A stretch of DNA of 64,000 nucleotides, from the NCBI GenBank assembly GCA_035221665.1, contig CM069160.1, forward strand, positions 6,944,001 through 7,008,000. Reading direction: 5' to 3'. Each line of letters starts with the position of its first letter. Position 1 is the first letter of the stretch. Origin of the DNA: Okamejei kenojei. Its lineage: Eukaryota. The notes beneath the pieces were generated by a model that saw only the letters and a list, made by a program, of their open reading frames with translations, had not been told where the DNA came from and made no database searches. Positions 48,557-60,500 of this stretch are shown piece after piece. Made by a program: the position numbers and the translations under genes.

Positions 48557-49269
48557 ATATTAGTGTTAGATATTTGCTTGCGCACGCCCCTGTAAAACCC
48601 AAGATACACGCAAAACACATCAGTGTATATAAAAACAAACACACATCAATAAATAGAAAATGGTAGTTCAAAGTCAAAATCTAATTCACACACATTCATA
48701 TCGTTTGTAGTGTATTTGGAGGTTGGAGTGTTTAATGGATGTATGGCCGATGGAGTTCTCAGGCTCCTGTACTTCTTCCCGATGGTAGCCGCGAGATGAG
48801 AGCACTTGCCAGTGTGGCGTGGGTCTCTGATGATGCTGGCTGCATTTTTGTGACAGCACCTCCTGTAGATCCCTCAGATTCCTATTCAATCTTTCCCCCT
48901 TCACCTTGAGCCTATGTCCTCTGGTGCTCGATTCCCCTACTCTTGGTAAGAGACTCGGTGCATCCACCCGATCTATTCCTCTCGTGATTTTATACATGTC
49001 GAAAAGATCAACACACCTCGAGAAGATCAGATGCGCACTGATTTTGCCGGGGAAGGGAAAGGGGAAAGAGAGGGAGGAATGAGGTGGGGAGATGACCGGA
49101 AATATGAGTGCACACATTTCTGTCATCATCCCCCACCCCTCCCCAGTCACCGTGCCCCTTCCCCCTCTTTCACACGCTTATGTCCCATCTCCAAGACGCC
49201 CATTTCCCTGTTATCCACCCCGAGCCCCGTTATCAACACCCCATTCCTGTTTTCTCCCCATGGGGCTCA

Positions 49270-50075
49270 GATGGGTTTAGAGCGGTTTTAGATGGATTTA
49301 AAGGGGTGTAGAGGGGGTTAGAGTGTTTTAGAGTGGTTAGAGTGGTTAGCGGGGTTTGGAGGGGTTTAGACGGGTTTGGAGGGGGTTTTGAGGGGTTCAG
49401 AGGTTTAAAGATGTTTACTGGTGCTTGGGGAGGATTAGGTCGGGTTTAGAGTGGTTTAGATAGTTTTAGAGAAGGTTAGAGAAGTTTACAGGGGTGTACA
49501 GGCGTTTAGACGGTTCTAAGGGGGTTTGGACGTGTTTAGAGGGGTTTAGAGTGGTTTGGAGGGGGTTTAGACTAGTTTAGAGGGTTTTGGTGGGGTGGAG
49601 GGGTGTGATGTGGTTTAGAGCAGTTTAGTGGGGTTTGGAGAGGTTTGGAGGGGTTTAGAGTGCAATATAGGGATTAAGAGGGGTTTAGAAATGTTTAGAG
49701 TGGTTTGGGAGGGGTTTGGATGGGCCTAGAGGGTTTTAGAGTTTTAGAGGGGTTTAGAGAGGTTTAGATTGGGTTTAGTAGGGTTTAGAGAGTTGTAGAT
49801 GGGTTTGGAGGGATTTAGATGGGGTTAGAGCGGTTTGGAGGGATTTGGAGGGGGTTAGATGTGTTTAGAGGTGTTTAGAAGGGTTTAGAGGGGGTAGATG
49901 GGTGTGGATGGGGTTGGAGGGATTGGAGAGGTTTGGAGTGGTTTGGAGTGGCTTAGAGGGATTTAGAGGGATTTAGAGGGATTTAGAGGGCTTTAGAAGG
50001 GGTTAGAAGGGTTTAGTGATTTAGTGGGGTTTAGAGGGGGTTGTAGGTGTTTAGATAGGGTTTTCAGTGATTTGG
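49270..50075. repeat. Degenerate G-rich 9-10-bp satellite (GGGTTTAGAG-like)
   Basis: About 800 bp of directly visible repeats. Confidence 0.88.
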
Positions 50076-53000
50076 AGGAGGACATTGACAGTAGGAATGG
50101 GGTGAGGTGGAGGATAAATGCGTTGTTGAGGGACTGGTGCAGGGGGCACGGATTCAAGTTTCTGGATCATTGGTACCTCTTTTGAGGAAGGTGTGACCTA
50201 TAAAAAAAGGACGGGTTGAACTTGAACCCGAGGGGGACCAATATCCTGGCGGGGAGATTCGCAAAGGCTACGGGGGCGACTTTACACTAGAACGGTTGGG
50301 GGGAGGGACTCAAATAGAGGAAGCTAGTAGACAGTGTGTGAGGCAGGAGGCAGAGAAGGAAAGCACCCAGACCCAACATTTAGGGGAGAAAGAAGAAAAA
50401 GAAGAAACATATAATAAACAGAGAATAAGAGGTGGTGGGTTTCTTAACTGTGTATATTTTAATACTAGGAGCATTGTAGAAAAAATGTGGATGAGCTTAG
50501 AGCCTGAATTGACAACTGGAAATATGATGTTGCGGCGATTCGTGAAACATGGTTGCAGGATGGCTGTGATTGGAAACGAAATATTCCAGGATTTCGTTGC
50601 TTCAGGTGTGATAGAATTGGAGGGGCAAGAGGTGGAGGTGTTGCACTGCTGTGAGGGAAGATATTACAGCAGTGCTTTGGAAGGGTAGATTAGAGGGCTC
50701 GTCTTGGATGTAGCCTTTGATAAGGTCCCGCACGGGAAATTGGTGACTAAAATTAGAGCACATAGTATTGGGGTTAGGTTGTTGACATGGATAGAAAATT
50801 GGTTGGCAGACCGGAAGCAAAGGGTAGGAGTGAACGAGTCCTTTTCAGAATGGCAGGCCGCAAATGTTTACCATATATATAAATGATTTGGAAGAGGGAA
50901 TTAGGAGCAACACTAGCTAGTTTGCGGATGACACAAAGCTGGGTGGCAGTGTGAACTGTGAAGAGGATGTTAGGAGGTTGCAGGGGGACCTGGACAGGTT
51001 GAGTGAGTGGGCAGATGCGTGGCTGATGCTGTATAATATAGATAAATGAGGTTATCCACATTGGCGGCAAAATAAAGGGGGAAGATTATTATCTCAATGG
51101 GATAAGGTTAGGTAAGGGGGAGGTACAGCGAGACCTGTGTGCCCTTGTACACCAGTCACTGAAAGTTGGCGTACAGGTACAGCAGGCAGTGAAGAAAGCT
51201 AATGGAATATTGGCCTGCATAAGAAGAGGACTTCAGTACAGGAGTAAAGTGGGTCTTCTGCAGTTGTATAGGGCTCTGGTGAGACCACATCCGGAACATT
51301 GTGTACAGGGTTACACAAAAAGCTGGAGAAACTCAGCGGGTGAAGCAGCATCTAAGGAGCGAAGGAGATAGGCGACGTTTCGGGTCGAGACCCTTCTTCA
51401 GACATTGTGTACTGTTTTGGTCTCCTAATCTGAGGAAGGACATCCATGTGATTCAGGCAGTGCAGCGTAGGTTCACGAGATTGATACCTGGGATGGCGGG
51501 ACTGTCATATGAGGAAAGATTGAAAAGACTAGGCTTTTCACTTGAGTTTAGAAGGATGAGGGGGATCTTGTAGAAACATATATAAGTACTGGACAAGCTA
51601 GATGCAGGAAACATGTTCCCAATGTTGGGTGAGTCCAGAACCAGGGGCCACAGTCTTAGAATACAGGGGAGGTCATTTAAGACTGAGGTGAGAAAAACTT
51701 TTTTTTACCCAGCGAGTTGTGAATTTATGGAATTCCCTGCCAAAGAGGGCAGTGGAGGCCAAATCACTGGATGAATTCAAGAGTGAGTTGGACAGAGCTC
51801 TCGGGGCTAGTGGAGTCAAGGGATATGTGCTTTGGCAGGATAGATTAGGGCTCGTCTAGGGAGGCTATTTGGGTGGAACTGAGAAGTGGGAACGGTGTCG
51901 CAACACTTTTAGGGGTGCATTATAGACCACCAAATGGGGAGCGAGAATTGGAAGGGCAAATATGTAAGGAGATAGCAGATATTAGTAGTAAGCACAAGGT
52001 AGTGATTGTGGGAGATTTCAATTTTCAAAAAATAGACTGGGAAACACATTCTGTAAATGGGCTGCATGGTTTGGAGTTTGTAAAATGTGTGCAGGATAGT
52101 TTTTTGAAGCAGTACAGAGAGGTATCGACCAGGGAAGGGGCAGTGCTGGACCTCCTGTTAGGAAATGAGGCAGGTCAGGTGGCGGAGGTATGCGTTGGTA
52201 AGCACTTCGGGATCAGTGATGACAATACCATTAGTTTCAATATAATTATGGAGTGAGTCAGAACTGGACCTAGGATGGAGATTTTTAATTGGAGAAAGGC
52301 TAACTTTGAGGGAATGTGTAAGGATTTAAAAGGAGTGAATTGGGATACTTTGTTTTATGGGAAGAATGCAGAAGAGAAATGGAGGACATTTAAAGGGGAA
52401 ATTGTAATAGTACAGAATCTTTATGTCCCTGTTAGGTAGAAAGGAAATAGTAAAAATTGGAAAGAGCCATGGTTTTCAAGCGAAATTGGACACTTGTTTC
52501 CAAAAAAGAGAGATATCTACAATAATTATAGGAGGCATGAAGTAAATGAGGTGCTAGAGGAGTATAAAGAATGTAAAAAGAATCTTAAGAATGAAATTAG
52601 GAAGGCTAAAAGAAGATATGAGGTTGCTTTGGCAAGAAAGGTGAAAGTAAATTCAAAGGGCTTCTACAGCTATATTAATAGCAAAAAGATAACGAGGGAT
52701 AAAATTGGACCATTAGAGAGCCAGAATGGACAGCTGTCTGCAGAGCCCAAAGAGATGGGGGAGATATTGAACTATTTCTTTTCTTCGGTATTCACCAAGG
52801 AGAAGGATATTGAACTCTGTGAGGTAAGGGAAAAAAGTAGAGTAGCTATGGAAACTATGAGATTCAAAGAGGAGGAAGTACTGACACTTTTGAAAAATAT
52901 AAAAGTGGATAAGTCTCCAGGTCCTGACAGGATATTCCCTAGGACATTGAGGGAAGTTAGTGTAGAAATAGCAGGAGCTATGACAGGCATATTTCAAATG

Positions 53001-54600
53001 TCATTAGAAACGGGAATAGTGCCGGAGGATTGGCGTACTGCGCATGTTGTTCCATTGTTTAAAAAGGGTTCAAAGAATAAACCTAGCAATTATAGACCTG
53101 TTCGTTTGACGTCAGTGGCGGGCAAATTAATGGAAAGGGTACTTAGAGATAATATATATAAGCATCTGGATAAACAGGGTCTGATCAGGAAGGTCATGTT
53201 TGACAAACCTGCTTGAATTTTTTGAAGCGGTTACTAGGGAAATTGATGAGGGTAATGCAGTGGACGTTGTCTATATGGATTTCAGTAAGGACTTTGACAA
53301 GATTCCCCATGGAAGGTTGGTTAATAAGGTTCAACTTTGGGTGTTAATGGCGGAGTAGAAAGATGGATTCAACAGTGGCTGAATGGGAGATGTCAGAGAG
53401 TAATGGTGGATGCCTGTTTGTCAGGTTGGAAGCCGGTGACCAGTGGGGAGCCTCAGGGATCTGTGTTGGGTCCACTGTTGTTTGTCATGTACATCAATGA
53501 TCTGGATGATGGGGTGGAAAATTGGATAAGTAAGTATGCAGATGATATTAAGATAGGTTGTGTTGTGGATAATGAAGTAGATTTTCAAAGTCTACAGAGA
53601 GATTTGGGCCATTTGGAAAAGTGGGCTGAAAGATGGCAGATGGAGTTTAATGCTGATAAGTGTGAAGTGCTACATCTTGGCAGGACAAATCGAAATAGGA
53701 CGTACATGGTAAATGGTAGGGAATTGAGGAATGCTGTGGAACAGAGAGATCTAGGAATAACTGTGCATAGTTCCCTGAAGGTGGAATCGCATGTAGATAG
53801 GGTGGTAAAGAAAGCCTTTGGTGTGCTGGCCTTTATAAATCAGAGCATTGAATATAGGAGAAGGGAAGTAATGTTAAAATTGTACAAGGCATTGGTAAGA
53901 CCAATTCTGGAGTATGGTGTACAATTTTGGTCGCCAACTTATAGGAAGGATGTCAACAAATTAGAGAGAGTACAGATGAGATTTACTAGAATGTTGCTTT
54001 GGTTCCAGCAACTATGTTACAGAGAAAGGTTGAACAAGTTAGGTCTTTATTCTTTGGAGCGCAGAAGGTTAAGGGGGGACTTGATTGAGGTCTTTAAAAT
54101 GATGAAAGGGATAGACAGAGTTGACGTGGATAAGCTTTTCCCATTGAGGGTAGGGAAGATTCAAAGAAGAGGGCATGACATGAGAATTAAGGGACAGAAA
54201 TATAGGGGTAACGTGAGGGGGAACTTCTTCACTCAGAGGATGATGGCTGTGTGGAATGAGCTTCCAGCAGAAGTGGTGGATGCAGGATCGATTTTAACAT
54301 TTAAAAGTAAAGTGGATAGGTATATAGACGGGAAGGGAATGGAGGGGTATGGTATGAGTGCAGGTAGATGGGACTAAGGGAAAACAAATGGTCGGCACGG
54401 ACTGGAAGGGCCGAGAGGGCCTGTTTCCGTGCTGTAATTGTTATATGGTTATATGGTTATATGGTTATATGATATGGGGAGAAGGCAGGCACGGGTTATT
54501 GATAGCGGTGATCACCGATGATCACAATGACTGGCGGTGCTGGCACGATGGACCGAATGGCTTGCTCCTGCACCTATTTTCTATGTTTCTATGTTTCTAA
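50076..54600 (+). mobile_element. Cluster of interleaved CR1 elements, including a near-complete ORF2 (51827-54470)
   Basis: ORFs 51873-52256, 52494-53216 and 53337-54377 (VGDFN, KSPGPD, NYRPV, KYADDIK); tails (GGTTATAT)n and (TTTCTATG)n. Confidence 0.92.
51307..51401 (-). mobile_element. 95-bp hammerhead-core-bearing insertion with an 11-bp target-site duplication
   Basis: ACATTGTGTAC at 51296-51306 and 51402-51412. The minus strand begins CTGAAGA-AGGGTCTCGACCC-GAAACGTC. Confidence 0.7.
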
Positions 54601-55504
54601 GTGTGCAGGGATCACTGGTCGGTGCGTACTAGGTGGGCCGAAGGGCCTGTTTCTGCCCTGTATCTCAAAACTAAACTAAACTAAACGTGCTAACCAGTCT
54701 GGGGAAAGAAAATATATGATTACAATCGAGCCATCCACATATGATAAAGGGAACAACGTGAATAACGTTTTGTGCAAGATACAGCCAGGAAGGTCCAATC
54801 AAAGATTGTCCAATGCAGGAGATAGTAGTTCAGGACAGCTTCCTAGTTGTTGGCAGGATGGTTTCAGTTGCCTGTCACTTGTGATCTTTTGAACTTATGA
54901 CTGAGCTAATAGCTGTCTGTAGTGTTAACAATGACAAAACAAGTTTATAGCTCAGATGTCTAACAGTCTTGGTAAATCTCATTCAAAAGTTTCTTTTAAA
55001 CGCTCATAATTCAGAAATGACACTGGTGGATAGACAATGAAATTCTCGGTCTGTTGCACATAAAACACTTCCACAGCTATTACACCACAGTTTTGATGAT
55101 GAGTATTGTTCCCCGTGCTCTGTAGGGTCAATAAAACACAGGCCCCATACGTTACCGTGTTCCATAAATACTCACATGGCTACCGAGAGCATCCCGGGTA
55201 CTGGGAAGTTGTCTCTGTGGAATTTGCATGTTCTCCCTGTGACCACCTGGCATTTCTCCAGGTGCTCCAGCTTCCTTGCACATCTCAAAGGTTTCTCAAC
55301 TAAACTAAGCAATATTATCTAAACGTTGGTGTAGAGCGTGGTTCGTATTGAAAACAAAGATCCTTGTTGACTGGCCCATCAAATACTTGAAGCACTGAGT
55401 GAAGCTTTAAATGCAAAGACAATTACTTCTCCACTACACCATCAGTTATGTGAACACAGAATTCAGGTTACAGTACGTGACAAAGAGAAGTGGCAAAATA
55501 ACTA

Positions 55505-55690
55505 GGAAGGGACTGCAGATGCTGGTTTAACCCGAAGATAGGCTCAAAAAGCTGGAGTAACTCAGCGGGTCAAACAACATTTCTGCAGTCTGAAGAAGGG
55601 TCTCGACCCGAAATGTCACCTATGCCCTGTATCCAGAGATGCTGTCTGATCCGGTGAGTTTCCCAGCTTTTCGTGTCTATCTCCGGCAAG
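55505..55690. mobile_element. Short inverted-repeat element with a hammerhead-like core (related copies at about 8630-8755, 17810-17950, 21955-22095, 26545-26690, 35145-35360 and 59600-59745)
   Basis: Arms AAAAAGCTGGAGTAACTCAGCGG.. / ..GAGTTTCCCAGCTTTT around CTGAAGAAGGGTCTCGACCCGAAATGTC (55590-55617). Confidence 0.6.
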
Positions 55691-56117
55691 ATAAGTATAT
55701 GATATGTGAGAGGCTTTTAGATTGACAATCTGATCTGCAGGAAATAAGGGGATATGGATCATGTTGCAGTTGGATGGGATAAGTTCAGCATCTCACCATG
55801 TTCACCACAGACATTGTGGGCCAAAGGGCCTCTTCCTGAGATGTACTTCTCATTTGTAAATGAGATGTACTTATTTTATGTAAAATAAGATTAGTAATCA
55901 ATTGTAATCCCCCTTGAACTAACTGCATCATTCAATAACTTCAATGATCAGTTTACTGCATAATTCTTGCAATCTTTGATACATTTCTGAACTAAAACCC
56001 TATATATCTCAACCTGGAAAATAGTAATTCACCTTGTCTTCACAGCTGCAATAGAAAGTTCAGGCAAATCATACACCTCCTGAAAAATAAATCTTCTTCA
56101 TATCTATTTTAAACAGT

Positions 56118-56810
56118 GACCCGACATGGGAGGTCTACCGAAAACGAAGAGAACAAAGAGGGTCCCAGGGTTGGGGGCCGCCGATAACACAGGTGAACCC
56201 AACATGGAGGAGCTGCCTAGAATAAAGAGGCCCCCGGGGTTGGGGAGGGGGGTCGCCGATAACACAGGTGAACCCAACATGGAGGAGCTGCCCAGAATAA
56301 AGAGGGTCCCGTGGTTGGGGGGGGGGGCGCCGATAACACAGGAGAACCCAACATGGAGGGGCTGCCGAGAACAAAGTGGGTCGCGGGTTTGGGGGAGGGG
56401 GGCGCTGAGAACACCGGTGAACCCAACATGGAGGGGCTGCCGAGTACAAAGAGGGTCCCGGGGTTGGGGGAGGGTCGCCGATAACACAAGTAAAGCCAAC
56501 ATGGAAGGGCTACCGAGAACAAAGAGGGTCCCGGGGTTGGGAGGGCATGGGTAACACAGTTGAACCCAACATGGAGCGGCTGCCGAGAATAAAGAGGGAT
56601 GCAAGTTTGGGAGGGGGGCGCTTATAACACAGGTGAACCCAGCATGGAGGGGCTGCCGACAACAAAGAGGGGCCCGGGGTTGGGAGGGCATGGATAACAC
56701 AGGTGAACCCAACATGGGGCGACTGCCGACAACAAAGAGGGGCCCAGGGGTTGGGAGGGGGGCGCTACAACACAGGTGAACCCAATATGGAGGGGCTTCG
56801 GAGACCAAAG
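56118..56810 (+). repeat. Minisatellite, about 60-bp unit, about 11 copies, followed by a LINE-type 3' tail
   Basis: AACACAGGTGAACCCAACATGGAGGGGCTGCCGAGAACAAAGAGGGTCCCGGGGTTGGG repeated; tail GAATAATTTCACTGTG..AATAAA..(ATCA)n to about 56938. Confidence 0.9.
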
Positions 56811-57067
56811 ACGGACCATTGGGGACTGTAATGATTATTTTCTAACTTGATATACCTTGTGTATGTTTTGCAAAACGAATAATTTCACTGTGACTTGACG
56901 CACGTGATAATAAAATATCGATCAATCAATCAATCAAATGGGCGACCTTTTATTCCAAAATGTGGTGCAATGAATGAGTTCGGAATCACCGGGTAACGGC
57001 AACTAAGACAGCACTTAAAAAATGAATGGCTGAATGTAAAGCCATCAGTCAGCATTGATAAAATCAA

Positions 57068-57552
57068 GAGCATAGAACATAGAACAGTACAGCACAAGAA
57101 CAGGCTCTTTGATCCACAATGATTGTGCTGAACATGATGCCAAGACCAATTCTTATCTCCTTGCACATAATCCATATCCTTCCATTCCCTGCACATTCAT
57201 GCGCCTATGTAAAAGTCTATTTAATGCCACTACCATAGCTGCTTCCACCACCACCCCCGGCAGCACATTCCAGTCACTCATCACCCTTGGCGTAAAACAC
57301 TTGCCCTGCACATCTTTTTTAATCTTTGCCACTCATTGCAAAGCTATACCTGCTCTTATTTGATATTTCCTTCCTGGGTAAAATGTCTGATAGTCTACTC
57401 TATCTCTACCCCTCACAGTCTTATATATTACTGTCAGGTCTCCCCTCAATCCCCGACATTCCAGAGAAAACAATCCAAGTCTGTCTAACTTTTCCCTGTC
57501 ACCAATACCCCACTAATCCATGCATCATTCCGGTAGACCTCCTCTGCATCCC
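57068..57552 (-). mobile_element. Old CR1 3' fragment directly downstream of, and overlapping, the class I stop codon
   Basis: Minus strand GGGATGCAGAGGAGGTCTACCGGAATGATGCATGGATTAG resembles CR1 'VQRRFTRMLPGL'; tail (CATAGAA)n on the + strand. Confidence 0.7.
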
Positions 57553-60500
57553 AAAGGAAGCTGATTGTGCTTCATGGTCAATGCAGTCCTCTCCTGGTCT
57601 CTGCTGTTGTCAGCTGGTCCCTGTTCATTTAGAGTTTTTCTCCTTTTCTCCTTCATCCAGCAACCAATTCCAACGATGATCCCCACGAGAATAAGAGGAA
57701 TGATTACAGCTCCAGTCACGATCCTAATCTTTATATCTTCATTCGCTGCGCTCTCTGTAGTCATATATAGTGCAATTTAAAAATTTATTGATCAATAACA
57801 ACTTTGTAATTATTTTATTATCTACATTAAACTAGCACTGTTCATATCTAATTACAAAGTAATAAAGTTTTTGATTTATGTAATTGTCCAGACGATAGAT
57901 GCGTTTTAAAAAATCGATGAAAATCTTTAAAATACATATTAGCATTGTGGCTTTGTGATTTTATCTGCAGCATTTAATTATGAATTTAAAGAATGAAGTA
58001 CGTCAGAAATAGATGACTATTTGCAGTGTAGCTGTCAACAAGGCTATTTTCTTATGTTGACAATTGTTATTATAACAAATAAAAGTTAACCCATTCATAG
58101 TTGATAACACTTCAAAGGTTTTAAACTGTTGATAGTTTAACAATGGTTAACATTACTGCCTATTCGTACTGACCAGCAATTTTAACCATGTCAGCTTCGA
58201 CCTGGTGTGAAGGGCCAAGCTTACTCTAACTTCTCTCTAACTTCTACAGGTGCACAACAGAGAGCATGCTGAGGTTGCATCGTGGCTTGGTTCAGCAACT
58301 TGAGTGCCCAGGAGCGAAAAAGACTACAAAAAGTAGTAACCACTGCCCAGTCCATCATCGGCTCTGACCTCCCTACCATCGAGGAATCTATCGCAGTCGC
58401 TGCCTCAAAAGGGATGGCAGCATCATCAAGGACCCACATCATTCTGGCCACACACCCATCTCCCTGCTACTTTCAGGGAGAAGGTACAGGAGCCTGAAGA
58501 TTGCAACGTCAAGGTTCAGAAACAGCCTCTTCCCCACAGCCATTCAACTCAACACAACTCTGAACATTAATAACCCATTTTCTCTTTATTTGCACTTTAT
58601 CTATTATTGATTCATGTGTGTATAAATTTATATAATGCTATATGGACACACTGATATGTTCTGTATTCATGCCTACCATATTCTCTTGTGCTGAAGCAAA
58701 GGAAGAATTTAATTGTCTTATCTGGGACACATGACAATAAACTCTTTTGAACTCTTGATCTTGAGTTCTTTGCAGAGGTCTTGTCTGGAACAAATAAGTC
58801 AGCGACAGAATAGGTGCTGCTACTTCAGACTGATAATGGGGTCGGTTATGGTATCACTATTAGCCTTTTGTGTAACTAGCTACTATCATAAAATTAGTTT
58901 CTCCCAGTGACTGCGTGGGTTTTGTCTGGGTGCTCCCGTTTCCTCCCACCCTCCAAAGAAATACGGGCTTAAAGGATAATTGGCTTATGTAAAATTGTAA
59001 ATTGTCCCCAGTGTGTTGGATAGTGTAAATGTACGGGATGATCATTGTTCGGCAAGGACTCAGTGAGCTGAAGAGCCTGTTTCTGCACCATATCTCTAAA
59101 GGGGAAAGTCTAAATCCACAGATTAGGTAAGAGTGTGAGTCGACGCTGTTATGGCAGTCCAGGAGGTTTATGGTCTCAAGTGATCAGACTCATTGACTTG
59201 CCACTTACCCTGTGGAACATTGACTCCCTGCAGCATAGTTGCATGCTCGATGTAGCAGGAGAATGTTGCCACATCTTCTCCACTCAGCTGAATTGTATTC
59301 TTCAGCTGGTAAGTCCCATCCGAATTAGGCAACAGATGACTGGATTCAGACCAGGGGACCCCCTCACCATCTTTCAGCCACGTTACATCGATGGTCGGTG
59401 GGTAGAAGCCTGTGACAAGGCACGAGAGCTTCAGTGATTGCGACCCATCACGTTTAATCCCAATAAACGCCTCAGGGGTTTCTGCAAGTAGAAGAAGCGT
59501 CAGAATCAGTGAAGATGAAGAAAAGCCTTGAATTGTAAGATCACTCCAACTCCCCTCTTTCCCTATCAGAGATTTTCTCTAGCTGAACAAAGTTTCCAGC
59601 CCAGACACAAAATGCTGGAGTAACTCAGCAGATGAGGCAGCATGTCTGGAGAGAAGGAATGCCCAGAGATGCTACCTGATCCACTGAGTTACTCCAACAT
59701 CTTCTATCTTCGGTGTAAACCATCATCTGCAGTTCTATCTTGCACAAGGTTTCCAACCTTTTCTCTTTTCATTTTGCATTTCTGACAAAACAACAAAACA
59801 TTTCGTTTTAATATCAATGACATGCTCTTTATCTTGGCTCCAGACTTTAGCTGACAGCGCAGGCGGAAGGGGAATGCAGTGCCCAATGGAGGAGTATAAC
59901 TCACCATTTGATTGATACTGTAGACAAGATTGCTTCTACTTGTTCATGAATCTCTGCTGAATAATAACACAATAATAATAACATATTCCAAGAGGGAATG
60001 GGAGGAAGAAGTTCTTCAACCAGAGAACTTGGATGTCACCATCCTAAGGAGTAATAGAGGAAAATGGAGAATCTGATTCGGTTTCTGATCAGCACGGCAA
60101 CAGACCCTTCAGACCACAAGGTTGGTGCTGAACATAAGGCCAAGATACATATCCCTCCATTTCCCGAATATCTACGTGACTGTGGATAGAGGACACTGGT
60201 GCAATATTTATCTTTCACTTGCACTTCCAACCCACTGGATCCATCTAAGAGGCACGTTGCCAGACAATTTACTGATACCCTCGCCCAAGAACAGAGTGGC
60301 GAAGCAGTCGAGCTACTGTCTTATAGCGCCAGAGACCCGGGTTTGTTACTAACTACGGGTGCTTGCCTTTACAGAGTGTGTACGTTCTACCTGTGACCTG
60401 CGTGGGTTTTATCCGAGATCTTCGGTTACCCCTCACACTCGAAAGACGTACAAATTTGTAGGTTAATTAGGTTGGTATTGATGCAAATTGTCCCTATTAT

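Noticed and set aside
49270-50075. True telomeric array or chromosome end
   Set aside because: The unit is 9-10 bp and degenerate rather than (TTAGGG)n, and ordinary sequence continues on both sides.
56118-56810. CRISPR-like array (regular period of about 60 bp)
   Set aside because: The whole unit is repeated with no unique spacers, there are no cas genes, and the context is vertebrate; it is a minisatellite.
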